Positions 29,290 through 39,947 are shown, counted from the first letter of the stretch. The stretch is 64,000 nucleotides of DNA from an uncultured virus (IMG/VR IMGVR_UViG_3300032245_001228) (IMGVR_UViG_3300032245_001228), one strand, 5' to 3'. Notes: a model not told the origin generated them from the sequence alone. A program made the numbers and translations.

Positions 29290-29496
29290 CTATGGTGTTG
29301 ATATTATCGTGTCGTGTATGGCATCGATATTATAATAGTAGCTTAACAATGCGTGTAGGTCACGCAGTTCTTCGCCAGAAGCATAGAAGCCAGCTATTCC
29401 GGATTGAAGAAAGAATTGATTCCCTCCTTCTTCTGTTCCGTATTCAATTAAAGTAATGTTATTTAACAACATTCTTCCGTTTTCTTTTTTGCTCAT
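29290..29496 (-). CDS. Hypothetical protein
   Basis: Packed ORF with GAGG RBS. Confidence 0.65.
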   Translation of the reverse strand: MSKKENGRMLLNNITLIEYGTEEGGNQFFLQSGIAGFYASGEELRDLHALLSYYYNIDAIHDTIISTP

Positions 29497-29497
29497 A

Positions 29498-29869
29498 TTA
29501 ATCCTCGTCTATAATTGTAATTGGATTCCATGTTGGGTCATTCATTTTCTCTCTCATATCTTTAACGTAAGAGTCCCAATCTCTTTCGTCTTCGGATTTC
29601 TTTTCATATTTAACTTGTCCCTTAAAAGGATTTGTTTTGAATTTAACTATGAAACTTCTTCCACCATTCTTTGGTGTCCAACGAAGATTGCCGTTCTTGC
29701 AATCACAGAAATCATTGTTGTTTACTTCTATCATTCCCTGTGGATCAAATCTTCCGCTGCACTTATTACATTCGGTATAACGACCCTTGTCTCCACATCT
29801 ACTACATGAAGCACAGTAGGTCCAGCATGTTCTTTCTGCTGGGTTTTTAAAACTGCCTGGTAAAGCCAC
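29498..29869 (-). CDS. Cys-rich metal-binding protein
   Basis: CWTYCASCSRC...CNKC...CDC. Confidence 0.7.
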   Translation of the reverse strand: MALPGSFKNPAERTCWTYCASCSRCGDKGRYTECNKCSGRFDPQGMIEVNNNDFCDCKNGNLRWTPKNGGRSFIVKFKTNPFKGQVKYEKKSEDERDWDSYVKDMREKMNDPTWNPITIIDED

Positions 29870-29870
29870 T

Positions 29871-32800
29871 TTATATCTCCAATTCTAATATCTGTTCAAT
29901 CAAAGGTAAAACTTTTCCTGATGCTAGTATATCAAATTTATATACAAATTTACGATTATTATCTATCATTTCTAAAAATACTGGTCTATTTCCCTTATTG
30001 TTTGAAATCAAATCATATATCTTTTCTACAGTTGTTTGAGATACTTCACTACTAATCTCCAGCATTATGGGCTTGCCACCAGAGAATATCTTTGCGTCGA
30101 CTTTTTCTGATGAGTTATAGAATAATTTAGTTACAGAATTTTCTTCATCACTTTCTTTATTCAAGAAACCATTTATTACAAATATATCTCCAGAATTAAA
30201 ATAGTCATCGCTTATATCTTTAGCATTCTTGGGGAAAATGATTACCTCTACGCTAGAAGTTATATCTTCTATTTCTAACTTATACATCTTTTGACCTTTT
30301 TTAGTTGTCATCTTTTTGTTAGAAACAATAATCCCACCCACCTTAACTGCAGATCCTCCAGGAAGTTCATTAAGATCAATAATCTCATTTGAGATTTGAT
30401 TCTTTAATATATCCCAAATGCCCAACACTGGGTGATTTGTAACGTAGATACCTAGCTTTTCTTTTTCTTTTTCAAGAACTTCTAATTCTATTCTTCTACT
30501 TAATTCTATATTTTGATCTCCAACTAGTTCATCTAACGCGCCAGATAAAGCTAAGTTTTCTAGTGTTGATTTTTTAAGAACTGATGGATGACATCTTCTA
30601 TAGAAATCATGAAGCGAAACATAAGGACTATTTAAATCTCTTGACTCAACTATTGCATCAGCAATTGATACACCAATGCCGTCGATAGCTGACAGACCAA
30701 AAATTATTGATTCTTTATTAACAACTTCAAAATCTATTCCAGAATAATTAACAGATGGTGGTAAAACTTCTACGTTTAATTTTCTACAATCCGAAAGATA
30801 CAACGCTTGTTTGTCTTTATTGCCTACCACCGAACTCATTAAAGCAGCCATATACTCAACAGTATAGTTAGCCTTTAGGTAAGCTGTAGTGTATGAGATC
30901 ATAGCGTAGCTTGCAGCGTGTGCTCTGTTGAATCCATAGCCACCAAAGTATTCAATATCCGAATAAATTTTATTAGCTTTATCTTCAGATATGTCTGATG
31001 TATTAACGCATCCATCAACAAACTTTTTTCTAAATAAAGAAATTTTATCCATTTGTTTTTTGCCAATAGCCTTGCGTAAGTCATCAGCTTCGGCAGATGT
31101 AAAGCCAGCTAACTCCCTAGAAACGCCAAGAACATCTTCTTGATACAGCATGATGCCAAGCGATGGACCCAATACTTTTTCTAACTTAGGATGATCGTAT
31201 GCTATTTTTGATCTTCCATGTTTTCTATCTATATATAATTTATCCATTCCAGAACCCATAGGACCTGGTCTATATAACGATATTAGAGCCATTATGTCTT
31301 CTATGTTTTGTGGTTGCATTTGAACCATTAACTGTCTCATTCCAGATGATTCCAATTGGAACACTCCAGCGGAATTGCCTTTACACAATTCTTCATAGGT
31401 TCTTGGATCATCTAATGGAATAAATTCTATATCAATAATTTCTTGTCTATTCTTTTCTATAAGCTTCAAACAAGAATCTATAACACCAAGGTTTCTTAAA
31501 CCTAAGAAGTCAATCTTTAACAAGCCACACTGCTCTACTCTTCCCATATCCCATTGGGTTACTAACGGAGCGTCTACGCCCTTTTGCATTACAGGCAGAT
31601 AGTCTGTTAGTGGGCCTTTAGAAATAACAACTCCAGCAGCGTGTATGCCTGTTTGACGGACTAGACCTTCTAGTCCAACGGCTGTATCAACAATTAATTT
31701 TGAATCACTATTTAAATTGTATTCAGTTTTAAACTCACTAACTTCCATACATTCTGAAAGGCTTTTTGATATGCCTAAAACAGGAGGTGGAACAAGTTTA
31801 GCTATCTTATCTCCAGATATAAAATCATATCCTAAAGCTCTAGCTGCGTCTCGCAAGGACTGTCTAGCTCCAGTTCTATTGAATGTGCATATATGAGCAA
31901 CTCTGTCATCGCCATATTTAGTTCTTGCATATTCTATTACTTTATCTCTGTGTCTATCATCAAAGTCTAAGTCAATATCTGGCATCGACTTTCTTCCTTC
32001 GACCAAGAATCTTTCAAACATTAAACCAAATCTAATTGGATCTAAGTTTGTAATATCAAAAGCATATGACAAAACACTACCTGCTGCAGAGCCTCTACCC
32101 CAGCCAACTCTAATACTGTTGTCTTTTGCCCACTTAACTAAATCAGAAACAACTAAGAAGTATTCAGAAAATCCCATCTCTTTTACTACTTTGATTTCAT
32201 GATTAGCTCTATCGATTATGTCCTGAGGCAATGGATTGCCATATCTTTTCTTCAATCCATCCCAGGCTAATCTTTCAAAATATTCGGTTGAATTTTCGTT
32301 GGTAGGTATAGGAAAATCTGGGAAGTGAATTTCACCCAAGTTCAAATTTAAATCAACCATGTCATTTACATGCATAGTGGTTTTTAACCACTCATCAGAA
32401 AATACTGAAGCCATGTCATCGTATGATTGAAGATAGAATTTATCTCCAGAAAAAGAAAATCTATCAGGAGTATTAATATTCGAGTTGGTAGCAACGCAAA
32501 GCATTATGTCATGAGCTTTTGCATCGTGCTGATGGACGTAATGGCAATCGCCAGTAGGAACTATTCTGGCCCCTATGGTCTTAGCTATCTTTATTAGATC
32601 TGGTATTATTTTTTTCTGTTCTTCTAAATCGTGGTTTTGAACCTCAATAAAATAATTGTCTTTACCAACTATAGCCTGCATGGTCGCAGCATGGTTTAAT
32701 GCCGTGTTGTAATCGTTTCTAAGCAGGGCTTGTGACACTTCCCCGTTCAGACACCCAGACAGCACTATTACGCCCTCTGAATGATCTGATATTAAATTGT

Positions 32801-33194
32801 GATCCAATCTAGGCTTAACGTAATACCCTTCCGTAAAAGCTCTAGAGGACATTTTAATTATATTATGATACCCAATATTATTCTTGGCCAATATAGTTAT
32901 ATGATATGGTCCTCTTTGCTCCCATTCGTTTTTTGATGGGCCGGATCTTTCTTCTTCATCTCTATCAAATCTTGTTTTTCTAGCTTGATAAAATTCAGAT
33001 CCTAATATTGGTTTAACGCCTACAGCCTTACCCGCATCGTAGAAGTCTAACCATGAGTGAATATTTCCATGGTCAGTTGTAGCTATCCCTGTCATACCAA
33101 GGGCCTTAGCTCTTTCTAGATATTCTTCTACTCTACCATGTCCGTCCAGCATGGAGAACACGGTATGATTATGTAGGTTCGTCCAATTCTTCAT
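29871..33194 (-). CDS. dnaE: DNA polymerase III alpha subunit (family C)
   Basis: PHP domain HNHT..SMLDG...TDHGN; GRGSAAGS; PDIDLDF; KIDFLGL; GYGFNRAHA; C-terminal OB fold. Confidence 0.97.
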   Translation of the reverse strand: MKNWTNLHNHTVFSMLDGHGRVEEYLERAKALGMTGIATTDHGNIHSWLDFYDAGKAVGVKPILGSEFYQARKTRFDRDEEERSGPSKNEWEQRGPYHITILAKNNIGYHNIIKMSSRAFTEGYYVKPRLDHNLISDHSEGVIVLSGCLNGEVSQALLRNDYNTALNHAATMQAIVGKDNYFIEVQNHDLEEQKKIIPDLIKIAKTIGARIVPTGDCHYVHQHDAKAHDIMLCVATNSNINTPDRFSFSGDKFYLQSYDDMASVFSDEWLKTTMHVNDMVDLNLNLGEIHFPDFPIPTNENSTEYFERLAWDGLKKRYGNPLPQDIIDRANHEIKVVKEMGFSEYFLVVSDLVKWAKDNSIRVGWGRGSAAGSVLSYAFDITNLDPIRFGLMFERFLVEGRKSMPDIDLDFDDRHRDKVIEYARTKYGDDRVAHICTFNRTGARQSLRDAARALGYDFISGDKIAKLVPPPVLGISKSLSECMEVSEFKTEYNLNSDSKLIVDTAVGLEGLVRQTGIHAAGVVISKGPLTDYLPVMQKGVDAPLVTQWDMGRVEQCGLLKIDFLGLRNLGVIDSCLKLIEKNRQEIIDIEFIPLDDPRTYEELCKGNSAGVFQLESSGMRQLMVQMQPQNIEDIMALISLYRPGPMGSGMDKLYIDRKHGRSKIAYDHPKLEKVLGPSLGIMLYQEDVLGVSRELAGFTSAEADDLRKAIGKKQMDKISLFRKKFVDGCVNTSDISEDKANKIYSDIEYFGGYGFNRAHAASYAMISYTTAYLKANYTVEYMAALMSSVVGNKDKQALYLSDCRKLNVEVLPPSVNYSGIDFEVVNKESIIFGLSAIDGIGVSIADAIVESRDLNSPYVSLHDFYRRCHPSVLKKSTLENLALSGALDELVGDQNIELSRRIELEVLEKEKEKLGIYVTNHPVLGIWDILKNQISNEIIDLNELPGGSAVKVGGIIVSNKKMTTKKGQKMYKLEIEDITSSVEVIIFPKNAKDISDDYFNSGDIFVINGFLNKESDEENSVTKLFYNSSEKVDAKIFSGGKPIMLEISSEVSQTTVEKIYDLISNNKGNRPVFLEMIDNNRKFVYKFDILASGKVLPLIEQILELEI

Positions 33195-33201
33195 TATATT
33201 T

Positions 33202-33414
33202 TTAGTTAATTCCTCTGTTGTTGTCTGAGTCTCTTAAAGATTCATCTCTAGCTTCTCGATAAACTATTACAACTACTCCGCCACAGTATTTACATGGCAC
33301 TACTTTGCCACCTTGAGCAAATGGACTATTATACATGTATGACATAGGCTGATCTGATTTGCATTCGCTGCAAACTCCTATTACATCATCTGGATCTTGA
33401 ATTGGTTTTGACAT
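33202..33414 (-). CDS. Zn-ribbon protein
   Basis: CSEC...CKYCGG. Confidence 0.7.
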   Translation of the reverse strand: MSKPIQDPDDVIGVCSECKSDQPMSYMYNSPFAQGGKVVPCKYCGGVVVIVYREARDESLRDSDNNRGIN

Positions 33415-34606
33415 TTTTATCTTCTCCTTTAGTCTTGTATGCGAATCTAATTGGCGATGGAGACAACTCCTCTGCGCTTTCTACGTATTTGTCGCCAACA
33501 GTTATCCATTTTTTCTTTTTTTCTAAGTGACAATCACCACATCCTACGCCAGCAGAGTTTGCTCTTTCGCAAGTGTATGGTCTGCCACCGATGCCTAATT
33601 GTCTTCTTTTAATCCAGTCATTAATATGACTAGTAGATTTTTCGTAATTAAAATCTTCACACATAGCAAGTATACTATATAGAAACTTTATAGAATCTTC
33701 GTTGTAAGTTAGGATTGAACACAAGAATAATCTAGCTTCGTGTTCTAGATATTTTTTTTCTTTAGCCTGTTCAATCAGTCTACGTATAGCACTACAGCCT
33801 TTTAGTAATTGGTCTGGAGTAAAATCTTTTTCTAATGGCGTCAACTGTTTAAATGCTGTTGAACCATACTTGTTAAAGTGGCTTAGAAAATCTGGAGAAC
33901 TATGCTTATCCATCTCCATGTCATAGGTAAACTCTCTAAACCATTCATTTGCTTTAAGATTAAATTCTTGATCTGCAACTACGTTTTCTTTTGGTTCGCT
34001 ACAATATACTCTAATTGAATTAAGATCAGAATAAAGTATTTCTTCTGGTATTAAATTCTTATACAATTTAGTTTCTTGATGCATACTTCCAGCTAGTCTC
34101 CACATTCTTCTTGGATCGTAGACGCTAAAATCTATAGACTCTATTTTTAGTTTGTCTTTAATTTTATTAGCTATATATCTAAATATATTTGGAAGACTAT
34201 TAGAAGGATTTATTCCGAGTGCAATAGCTTCACACTCAATATGGAAACCTTTTTTCCCAGTGAAATAAACCAACAGCGCATTGCTGGGTATGTACTGCTT
34301 GAGATATGAATGAAGTGTCTTGCATTCTTCATATGCTTTTTCTGGATCTTCATTATCTAGGTCAAAATATAACGAACCTAGTCTTACAGCTTTTGCAAGA
34401 TCCTCTGAGTTAAAATGCCAAACAGAAGTATACAAGCCATTATTATTATGCTGTTTTCTATATTTATCTATATCGAATATAGATACAAATTTAGGATTGT
34501 CTCCCTCTTTATCTCTTATGATTCTAGATAGAGCTGGAACATGTCTAGCTGTTTCAACTAGGTGCCAAGAACTAAGGTACTTGTCTTTGTCTTGTGGTAT
34601 TTTCAT
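33386..34606 (-). CDS. Archaeo-eukaryotic primase fused to a PriL-like Fe-S domain
   Basis: LYFDLD, FTGKKGFH, D.SVY..RR.WRL.GS; C-terminal CSAI...HEARL...YTC...GCGDC. Confidence 0.85.
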   Translation of the reverse strand: MKIPQDKDKYLSSWHLVETARHVPALSRIIRDKEGDNPKFVSIFDIDKYRKQHNNNGLYTSVWHFNSEDLAKAVRLGSLYFDLDNEDPEKAYEECKTLHSYLKQYIPSNALLVYFTGKKGFHIECEAIALGINPSNSLPNIFRYIANKIKDKLKIESIDFSVYDPRRMWRLAGSMHQETKLYKNLIPEEILYSDLNSIRVYCSEPKENVVADQEFNLKANEWFREFTYDMEMDKHSSPDFLSHFNKYGSTAFKQLTPLEKDFTPDQLLKGCSAIRRLIEQAKEKKYLEHEARLFLCSILTYNEDSIKFLYSILAMCEDFNYEKSTSHINDWIKRRQLGIGGRPYTCERANSAGVGCGDCHLEKKKKWITVGDKYVESAEELSPSPIRFAYKTKGEDKNVKTNSRSR

Positions 34607-34770
34607 AAGATCTTTTTTTTGTTTTCTAAATCCGAAATGTTGCAAATAATTTGTCTTGTTGATATGTCTATATTTTTAGAATTGTTTCTGTAGTATACAG
34701 ACTCTTCTATTATCTTTTCTATATTCTTTATAAGAAAGAATCTCTTCTTAATTCTTTGTTCCAGATCCAT
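34603..34770 (-). CDS. 55-aa hypothetical protein
   Basis: MDLEQRIKKRFFLIKNIEKIIEESVYYR...; ATGA overlap with the primase. Confidence 0.55.
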   Translation of the reverse strand: MDLEQRIKKRFFLIKNIEKIIEESVYYRNNSKNIDISTRQIICNISDLENKKKIL

Positions 34771-35437
34771 CTTTTCTCCATTTTGGATTAATTAAGTCAC
34801 TGTCTTCTATAATGAGGTGAAGCTTAGAAGCTATATTATCAGATAGATGAACAATATAATCTAAATAAGTTATAGGAAAAGTTTCTGGTACCGGCGACCA
34901 AGGACCCAAGTGACATCTAACTAGTCTAAGTATAGACTGAACAATATCTTCAGATAAAAATAAAGTAGATGATTCTGATTCACTAGCAAATTTTTTATCT
35001 TTCTCCTGACAGTATGATATAAACTTTCCAACTGTATATGGATGCATTGGATCATACTTTAGTTTGTTTCCGTCAGCATCGTAGATGCCCTTACATAGAT
35101 CGTGCAACAAACACGCAGCTAGAACTATATCTTTTTCTTCTTGAGTTAAAGCATACGACTCGCTCATGTAATGAGCTATTCTAATTACTCTTTTTGTATG
35201 AAGCACGTTGCCACCGTGACCATGCTCATCTGCTGGATGGTACTTACCAGAAAAACTTGAGGGAATTTCCCAAAAAGATTCACCTCTAACAAGAATTGAT
35301 CTAACAAAAGATCTTATTGACTCATCAACTATCAAATTGATTTCATCAAGAAGGGGTGCAAGAATTTTATTTTCTTCACCAAGAAATGATGCGTTCTTTT
35401 CTTCAATTAAGATATCGTCTAATATGCTCTTCTTCAT
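34748..35437 (-). CDS. HD-domain phosphohydrolase
   Basis: PSS.SGKYH...GG...HT...LLHDLCK...HP...HLGPW...HLSD. Confidence 0.85.
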   Translation of the reverse strand: MKKSILDDILIEEKNASFLGEENKILAPLLDEINLIVDESIRSFVRSILVRGESFWEIPSSFSGKYHPADEHGHGGNVLHTKRVIRIAHYMSESYALTQEEKDIVLAACLLHDLCKGIYDADGNKLKYDPMHPYTVGKFISYCQEKDKKFASESESSTLFLSEDIVQSILRLVRCHLGPWSPVPETFPITYLDYIVHLSDNIASKLHLIIEDSDLINPKWRKDGSGTKN

Positions 35438-36225
35438 TTTACACTTCCTTCTTTCTTCCATTCACTCCAATTGGAGCATGGTTCGTCAAATGGGCACTTC
35501 TTGCAATAAGGTATTAAACCTCTTTTGGGAATATAAACTTCTGTCTTTTCTATTTTGTCGCACCAATAATTATAATAATCTATGTCTTCGCTTCTTATTT
35601 GGAATTCATTAAACGCAAGACTCTGACTAAGTGGATCTATAAAACCAAACTTTACACTGCCCATGCGTTCAGGGTGTCTATTCTTGTAGGCCTGATACAT
35701 CGTGCAGAAATCTGTTCTATACAAATCGCGATTACTGAACTTATAATTAAAGATAAATTTTGTTACCAAATATTGTTTATTATTATAAAAAATAATATCA
35801 AAAGTATCTTCTATATTTAATTTGTTTTTTGGCAGATTATATTCTTCACTTATTGCTACAGGTATGTATGGTGACTCTGCGTATGTTTCGTGGAACGCCA
35901 ACAATATACCAGCAGCTTTAGATGTTAAGCTAGCGGTATTTCCATAAGCTGTTTCGTGCTGCTCAGTTACAATATCATACGAGTTTGTATTTTTTGGAAA
36001 CCACATTTTTTCCCATCGGTTTAACAACGATGCATAGGACGGTATGATTCCCCCCTGCTTCTTAAAGAAAAAAAAGTACATAATACTTTTAATCGTTGAT
36101 TCAAATTTTTCAGTATGAATATCTCGTGCGTATATTTTCTCTGGGACTTCTTGCTTATATCTATAATCAAAAAGTCTTTCACACATCTGAAAATCTTTAA
36201 TTGCTTCTATTGATAATTTTGACAT
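35434..36225 (-). CDS. Cas4/AddB-like protein with degenerate nuclease motifs
   Basis: LS...IKDFQMC...CKKCPFDEPC retained; DxK motif replaced by LVTKF. Confidence 0.65.
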   Translation of the reverse strand: MSKLSIEAIKDFQMCERLFDYRYKQEVPEKIYARDIHTEKFESTIKSIMYFFFFKKQGGIIPSYASLLNRWEKMWFPKNTNSYDIVTEQHETAYGNTASLTSKAAGILLAFHETYAESPYIPVAISEEYNLPKNKLNIEDTFDIIFYNNKQYLVTKFIFNYKFSNRDLYRTDFCTMYQAYKNRHPERMGSVKFGFIDPLSQSLAFNEFQIRSEDIDYYNYWCDKIEKTEVYIPKRGLIPYCKKCPFDEPCSNWSEWKKEGSVK

Positions 36226-37691
36226 TAATGAAAATCCTTTCCACTTAAAAGTTCGTCTAACAATGATGAAGATGATGTATAAGAAGAGTCTGTAACTGGA
36301 TCATAATCTTCGTATGTTTTTTTGTAGTCTACATATTTTACCAAAGGTGGATCATACATAAATGCAGAACCTGTAATTCTATTCTTTGGTATTTGAAGCT
36401 GCATGATGTTTTCATCTTCGGTCTCATCATCAGTCGCCAATCTTTTTTCTGTAATGAATATGGTTACAGCACACTTTTGTTGAATAGCAAGCGAACCACC
36501 AGTATCTGACTGTTGAACAACTTCACGTTTTTCTTTCATTCTATTTGCATTTTCTTGCGCAGTAATTATTAATGCGCAATTCATATCTCTAGCAAGCTTT
36601 TCTAAACGCACCATCATCTCTTCAAACTCACCCCAACGTGGCTTACCCTTGCCTGCTCCTCTGGTAAACATTGATTGGATGGTGTCGATTATAACTATGT
36701 CCGGCATATTAACATTGTGCCCGATTATATCTCTTAACCAAAATTCTAAGTCTTCAAAGTACGGAGTGTCTGGGTCATGTCTAACCATAAGGCGGTCACC
36801 CCATTCAGCTAACTTTGCTTTAAACGTTTCTAGATGCTTATTCTTTTCTTCATCTGACCACTTTGATGATTCTAAATAAACATTCTTTTCTATTATTTGT
36901 GTCATGAGAATTCTTTCCCAGTGACCAATTGCTTCTTCAAAGTTTACGTACAAAACTCTATAGCCATTATCCAACCAATTGTTACATAAGCACTTTACGA
37001 ACGTGCTCTTACCCTTGCCTGAGGCAGCGATTACAGCGTGTACAGCGCCCCTAAAGAACCCTCCGCTGTCAGTGTAGCCCATAGCTCTATTTAAGGCTTT
37101 AAATTGAGTTGGAAGAAAATTAGGTATATCTAATAAAGAATCAACTCTATTAGCTATGTCTGCGCTTGTTGTAATTTTATCTAATGGATTATATCTAATT
37201 TGATTTTCTAACTCTCTAATTTCAGATGTTAGAGTTTGTATCTTAGCTATATCTTCTTCGGTCTTTTGTCCCTTTTGGGTTAAGATAAACTGAAGCTCTT
37301 GAAGGTAGTTTATTTGTTTTCTTTTATTAGCTTTATACTTTATAAGTTCAGATACAGATTCTTCTGTGGATAGCTCCACGCCCATTAAAAGATCAACCAT
37401 TACATTAACGCCAGCATTGCCGCCTAACGCTTCATATATATCAGTATCTGTTTCTAACCAAGATTTAAAAGCTATTGGATCAACAATATCTAACTGAGTC
37501 GCATCTTGGAACGACAACAATGCCAAGTAAAATTCATTTATACCCTTTTCCCCATGGATTGTTCCAACAATTTCTTGAGGAAGATTGTCTTTAAAGTATT
37601 CTATTGCTCCCTTTTTTCTAAGGGACAGCGCAAAGATCTGATACTCTAAAGGAATATTATCTTTTACTTGTTCACTTGTTTCTGTCGTCAT
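36225..37691 (-). CDS. dnaB: Replicative SF4 (DnaB-like) helicase
   Basis: AASGKGKS Walker A; VNFEE; IIDTIQ; TAQEN; KNR. Confidence 0.88.
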   Translation of the reverse strand: MTTETSEQVKDNIPLEYQIFALSLRKKGAIEYFKDNLPQEIVGTIHGEKGINEFYLALLSFQDATQLDIVDPIAFKSWLETDTDIYEALGGNAGVNVMVDLLMGVELSTEESVSELIKYKANKRKQINYLQELQFILTQKGQKTEEDIAKIQTLTSEIRELENQIRYNPLDKITTSADIANRVDSLLDIPNFLPTQFKALNRAMGYTDSGGFFRGAVHAVIAASGKGKSTFVKCLCNNWLDNGYRVLYVNFEEAIGHWERILMTQIIEKNVYLESSKWSDEEKNKHLETFKAKLAEWGDRLMVRHDPDTPYFEDLEFWLRDIIGHNVNMPDIVIIDTIQSMFTRGAGKGKPRWGEFEEMMVRLEKLARDMNCALIITAQENANRMKEKREVVQQSDTGGSLAIQQKCAVTIFITEKRLATDDETEDENIMQLQIPKNRITGSAFMYDPPLVKYVDYKKTYEDYDPVTDSSYTSSSSLLDELLSGKDFH

Positions 37692-38322
37692 CTCGTTTTT
37701 CTTTTATCGATCTGTATAGTTTCTTTTTGTAATCTGAATTCTTTTTCTTTATACTTCTATAAATCTCACTAGAAGTAAAATCATTCTTATTCTTTTCTTT
37801 TGGTTTATATGGGCTAGTTCTAATTGCTTCAACCAGTCTATCAAAAACAGCTTGCTCAGTAAGACTATCATTATATCGGAAAACAATAAGAGCTATACCA
37901 TTATCTTTGCACCACTGAGCTTTTTTCTGATCTCTTTTTATAGCTTCTTCAAAATCATATTTTGAATCAAAGAATCTACTGGTGTAATAAAAGTGTTGTC
38001 TACCATGATACTCTGCAGCTATGGCATACTTTTGACAGTACACATCTAGCTTTAATTTATCACCTATATGGAATTCATTAATTACTTTTTCACCAGGGAG
38101 AAGTTTTTGCATCGCTAGAGTTAAAGCTGTTTGCCCTCTAGACATTTTTTTTCTACTGTTTTTAAGCCAAGTAAGACCAAGATTATTAATCTTTTTATTA
38201 ACTGTAGCGACGCTCCAACCAAGTTCTTTAGCTATATCAGATATAGACAAAGAAGTTTCTAGTAATAAATCTCTTAGAAATTCTAGATCATCTTCGTCTT
38301 TATCTTTACGGCTCCCATGCAT
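37672..38322 (-). CDS. HTH plus Vsr/DUF559-like endonuclease
   Basis: SISDIAKELG; LKLDVY...AAEYHGRQH...RDQKK...C...GI.L. Confidence 0.75.
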   Translation of the reverse strand: MHGSRKDKDEDDLEFLRDLLLETSLSISDIAKELGWSVATVNKKINNLGLTWLKNSRKKMSRGQTALTLAMQKLLPGEKVINEFHIGDKLKLDVYCQKYAIAAEYHGRQHFYYTSRFFDSKYDFEEAIKRDQKKAQWCKDNGIALIVFRYNDSLTEQAVFDRLVEAIRTSPYKPKEKNKNDFTSSEIYRSIKKKNSDYKKKLYRSIKEKRDDDRNK

Positions 38323-38323
38323 T

Positions 38324-38953
38324 TCATTCCGCCGTATTATATGTTCTTGAATAACTAATAGTTTTACCAAGATCTATAATAGACATATCTAATTTATTCC
38401 AAATTGAATTTGACAAAGCCAGTCCAAGAGAAGAACAATCAAAAAGACAATAGTCAACCTTTCCTTCAAAGGCAGCTATCTTTTCAAATGTTTCTTCTAG
38501 TCTAGTGTAATAGTTATTAAATGAAACATTTATAACATTTGTTTTAAATCCCATAAATTTATATATTGTTTTTTTATCATGGAACGAAACAATTACATTA
38601 GATGTATTTTTTATATAAAATTCAAAGATAGAATTATATACAGACTTATCATTTTCGTAATAGTGTTCAAATAAATTTGGACTAAAAAATCTTCCGTCAT
38701 TAATCATGCCGATGCCAGAATGTTTTTTATTCTCGACCTCTTCGACAAGAGATAATGGTATGTTCTTTAGTACTTTTTTATCAGTTAGATTTATGGAACG
38801 AATAATTTCTTTATTAAATTTAGAAGGAATATTGTTTTCATTTTTTTTATTTAAAGCAACTATTGCTGATTTAGAGATGTTAATGAATGCAAATTTTTCT
38901 TTCTTATTCATTAAATTTGTCAGCTCAATTGATGCTTGTACTTGATCTTTCAT
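38324..38953 (-). CDS. GT-D-fold-like protein
   Basis: C-terminal DYCLFDCSSLGLALSNSIW...SIIDLGKT resembles GT-D/DUF1792; adjacent to a GT2. Confidence 0.5.
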   Translation of the reverse strand: MKDQVQASIELTNLMNKKEKFAFINISKSAIVALNKKNENNIPSKFNKEIIRSINLTDKKVLKNIPLSLVEEVENKKHSGIGMINDGRFFSPNLFEHYYENDKSVYNSIFEFYIKNTSNVIVSFHDKKTIYKFMGFKTNVINVSFNNYYTRLEETFEKIAAFEGKVDYCLFDCSSLGLALSNSIWNKLDMSIIDLGKTISYSRTYNTAE

Positions 38954-38962
38954 TTGCTGCTC

Positions 38963-39676
38963 CTAGATTCCAAAATTACCCCAGTTAATTAACACTGGGT
39001 TTTCATCTACAATAGAATTAATATGATTTAAATTATGAAACTTACCACCGTCAAGATTTGAATATCTCTGGTATTTTGATTGCTTGTCTTCGTCTCTGAT
39101 GTATCCAAGATGTTGCATTACTAGATTTGAATTTACCCAAAAGTTTCTCTGGTTTACCCAATCCAATACATATGTTGGTTCTGCACCGCAGGCCAGGGCT
39201 CTATCTCTAAATGTTCCACCTGAAGCATATCTAAAGATTCTAGTACTGTTATTTGGAGTCCAAAGCTTGTCTACTCTATACTGAGTTTCATTCCACATAT
39301 GGTAGAATCTAACGTTTACTACATCTTTTTCTGATGCATTAAGAACTTTTCTTATATTAATATCTTCAATATCTGATGCATCGTACAGCATTTCATCACA
39401 ATCTATTGCGATGATCCAATCACCTTCAGAAGCATGGTTTTCTAAATTTAACCAGGCATACTTTCTTAGTCTACCTTCATGTACAGTAAACATTGGTTTT
39501 GGAGTTTTATATACGTGAGCAAAGTTTGAAGCTATCTCTGCCGTGTTATCGTCTGAGCAATCGTCAGTGAAAACTATTTCGTCTACTTGATTCTTTAGTC
39601 TTTCCAAGACTCTAGGAAGATACTTGCTTGCTTCATTTCTTCCTACTATTTGCGCAATTATTTTTTGTTGCGACAT
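38963..39676 (-). CDS. Glycosyltransferase family 2-like
   Basis: GRNEA...DDCSDDNT...E..LR...WIIAIDCDE...HLGY. Confidence 0.85.
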   Translation of the reverse strand: MSQQKIIAQIVGRNEASKYLPRVLERLKNQVDEIVFTDDCSDDNTAEIASNFAHVYKTPKPMFTVHEGRLRKYAWLNLENHASEGDWIIAIDCDEMLYDASDIEDINIRKVLNASEKDVVNVRFYHMWNETQYRVDKLWTPNNSTRIFRYASGGTFRDRALACGAEPTYVLDWVNQRNFWVNSNLVMQHLGYIRDEDKQSKYQRYSNLDGGKFHNLNHINSIVDENPVLINWGNFGI

Positions 39677-39690
39677 TTTTTTCCTATCTT

Positions 39691-39720
39691 AAAAGGGGTA
39701 GCAGTTTTACCTGCTACCCC
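39691..39720 (-). terminator. Intrinsic terminator
   Basis: GGGGTAGCAG-gtaaaa-CTGCTACCCC-TTTT on the minus strand. Confidence 0.8.
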
Positions 39721-39737
39721 GTGAATAAAAACAATTA

Positions 39738-39932
39738 TTATGATTCGATTTGTTCGCGAGCTTTTACAGCTGTGATTCTTTCTACGTCAACATCTTTAAA
39801 CAAGAGTTCACCAGCTACACCTGAAACAGTGCGACGACTACCGCTGGCAATCTTTTCTGCTTCTGACATGTTGCTAGCTTTCACAATTGAAGTTGTTGTC
39901 ACTGTAAAATACTTGAATTTATTTTCAGCCAT
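39738..39932 (-). CDS. Small hypothetical protein
   Basis: AAGGA RBS; followed by a terminator. Confidence 0.75.
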   Translation of the reverse strand: MAENKFKYFTVTTTSIVKASNMSEAEKIASGSRRTVSGVAGELLFKDVDVERITAVKAREQIES

Positions 39933-39947
39933 TATTTTTTTCCTTTT

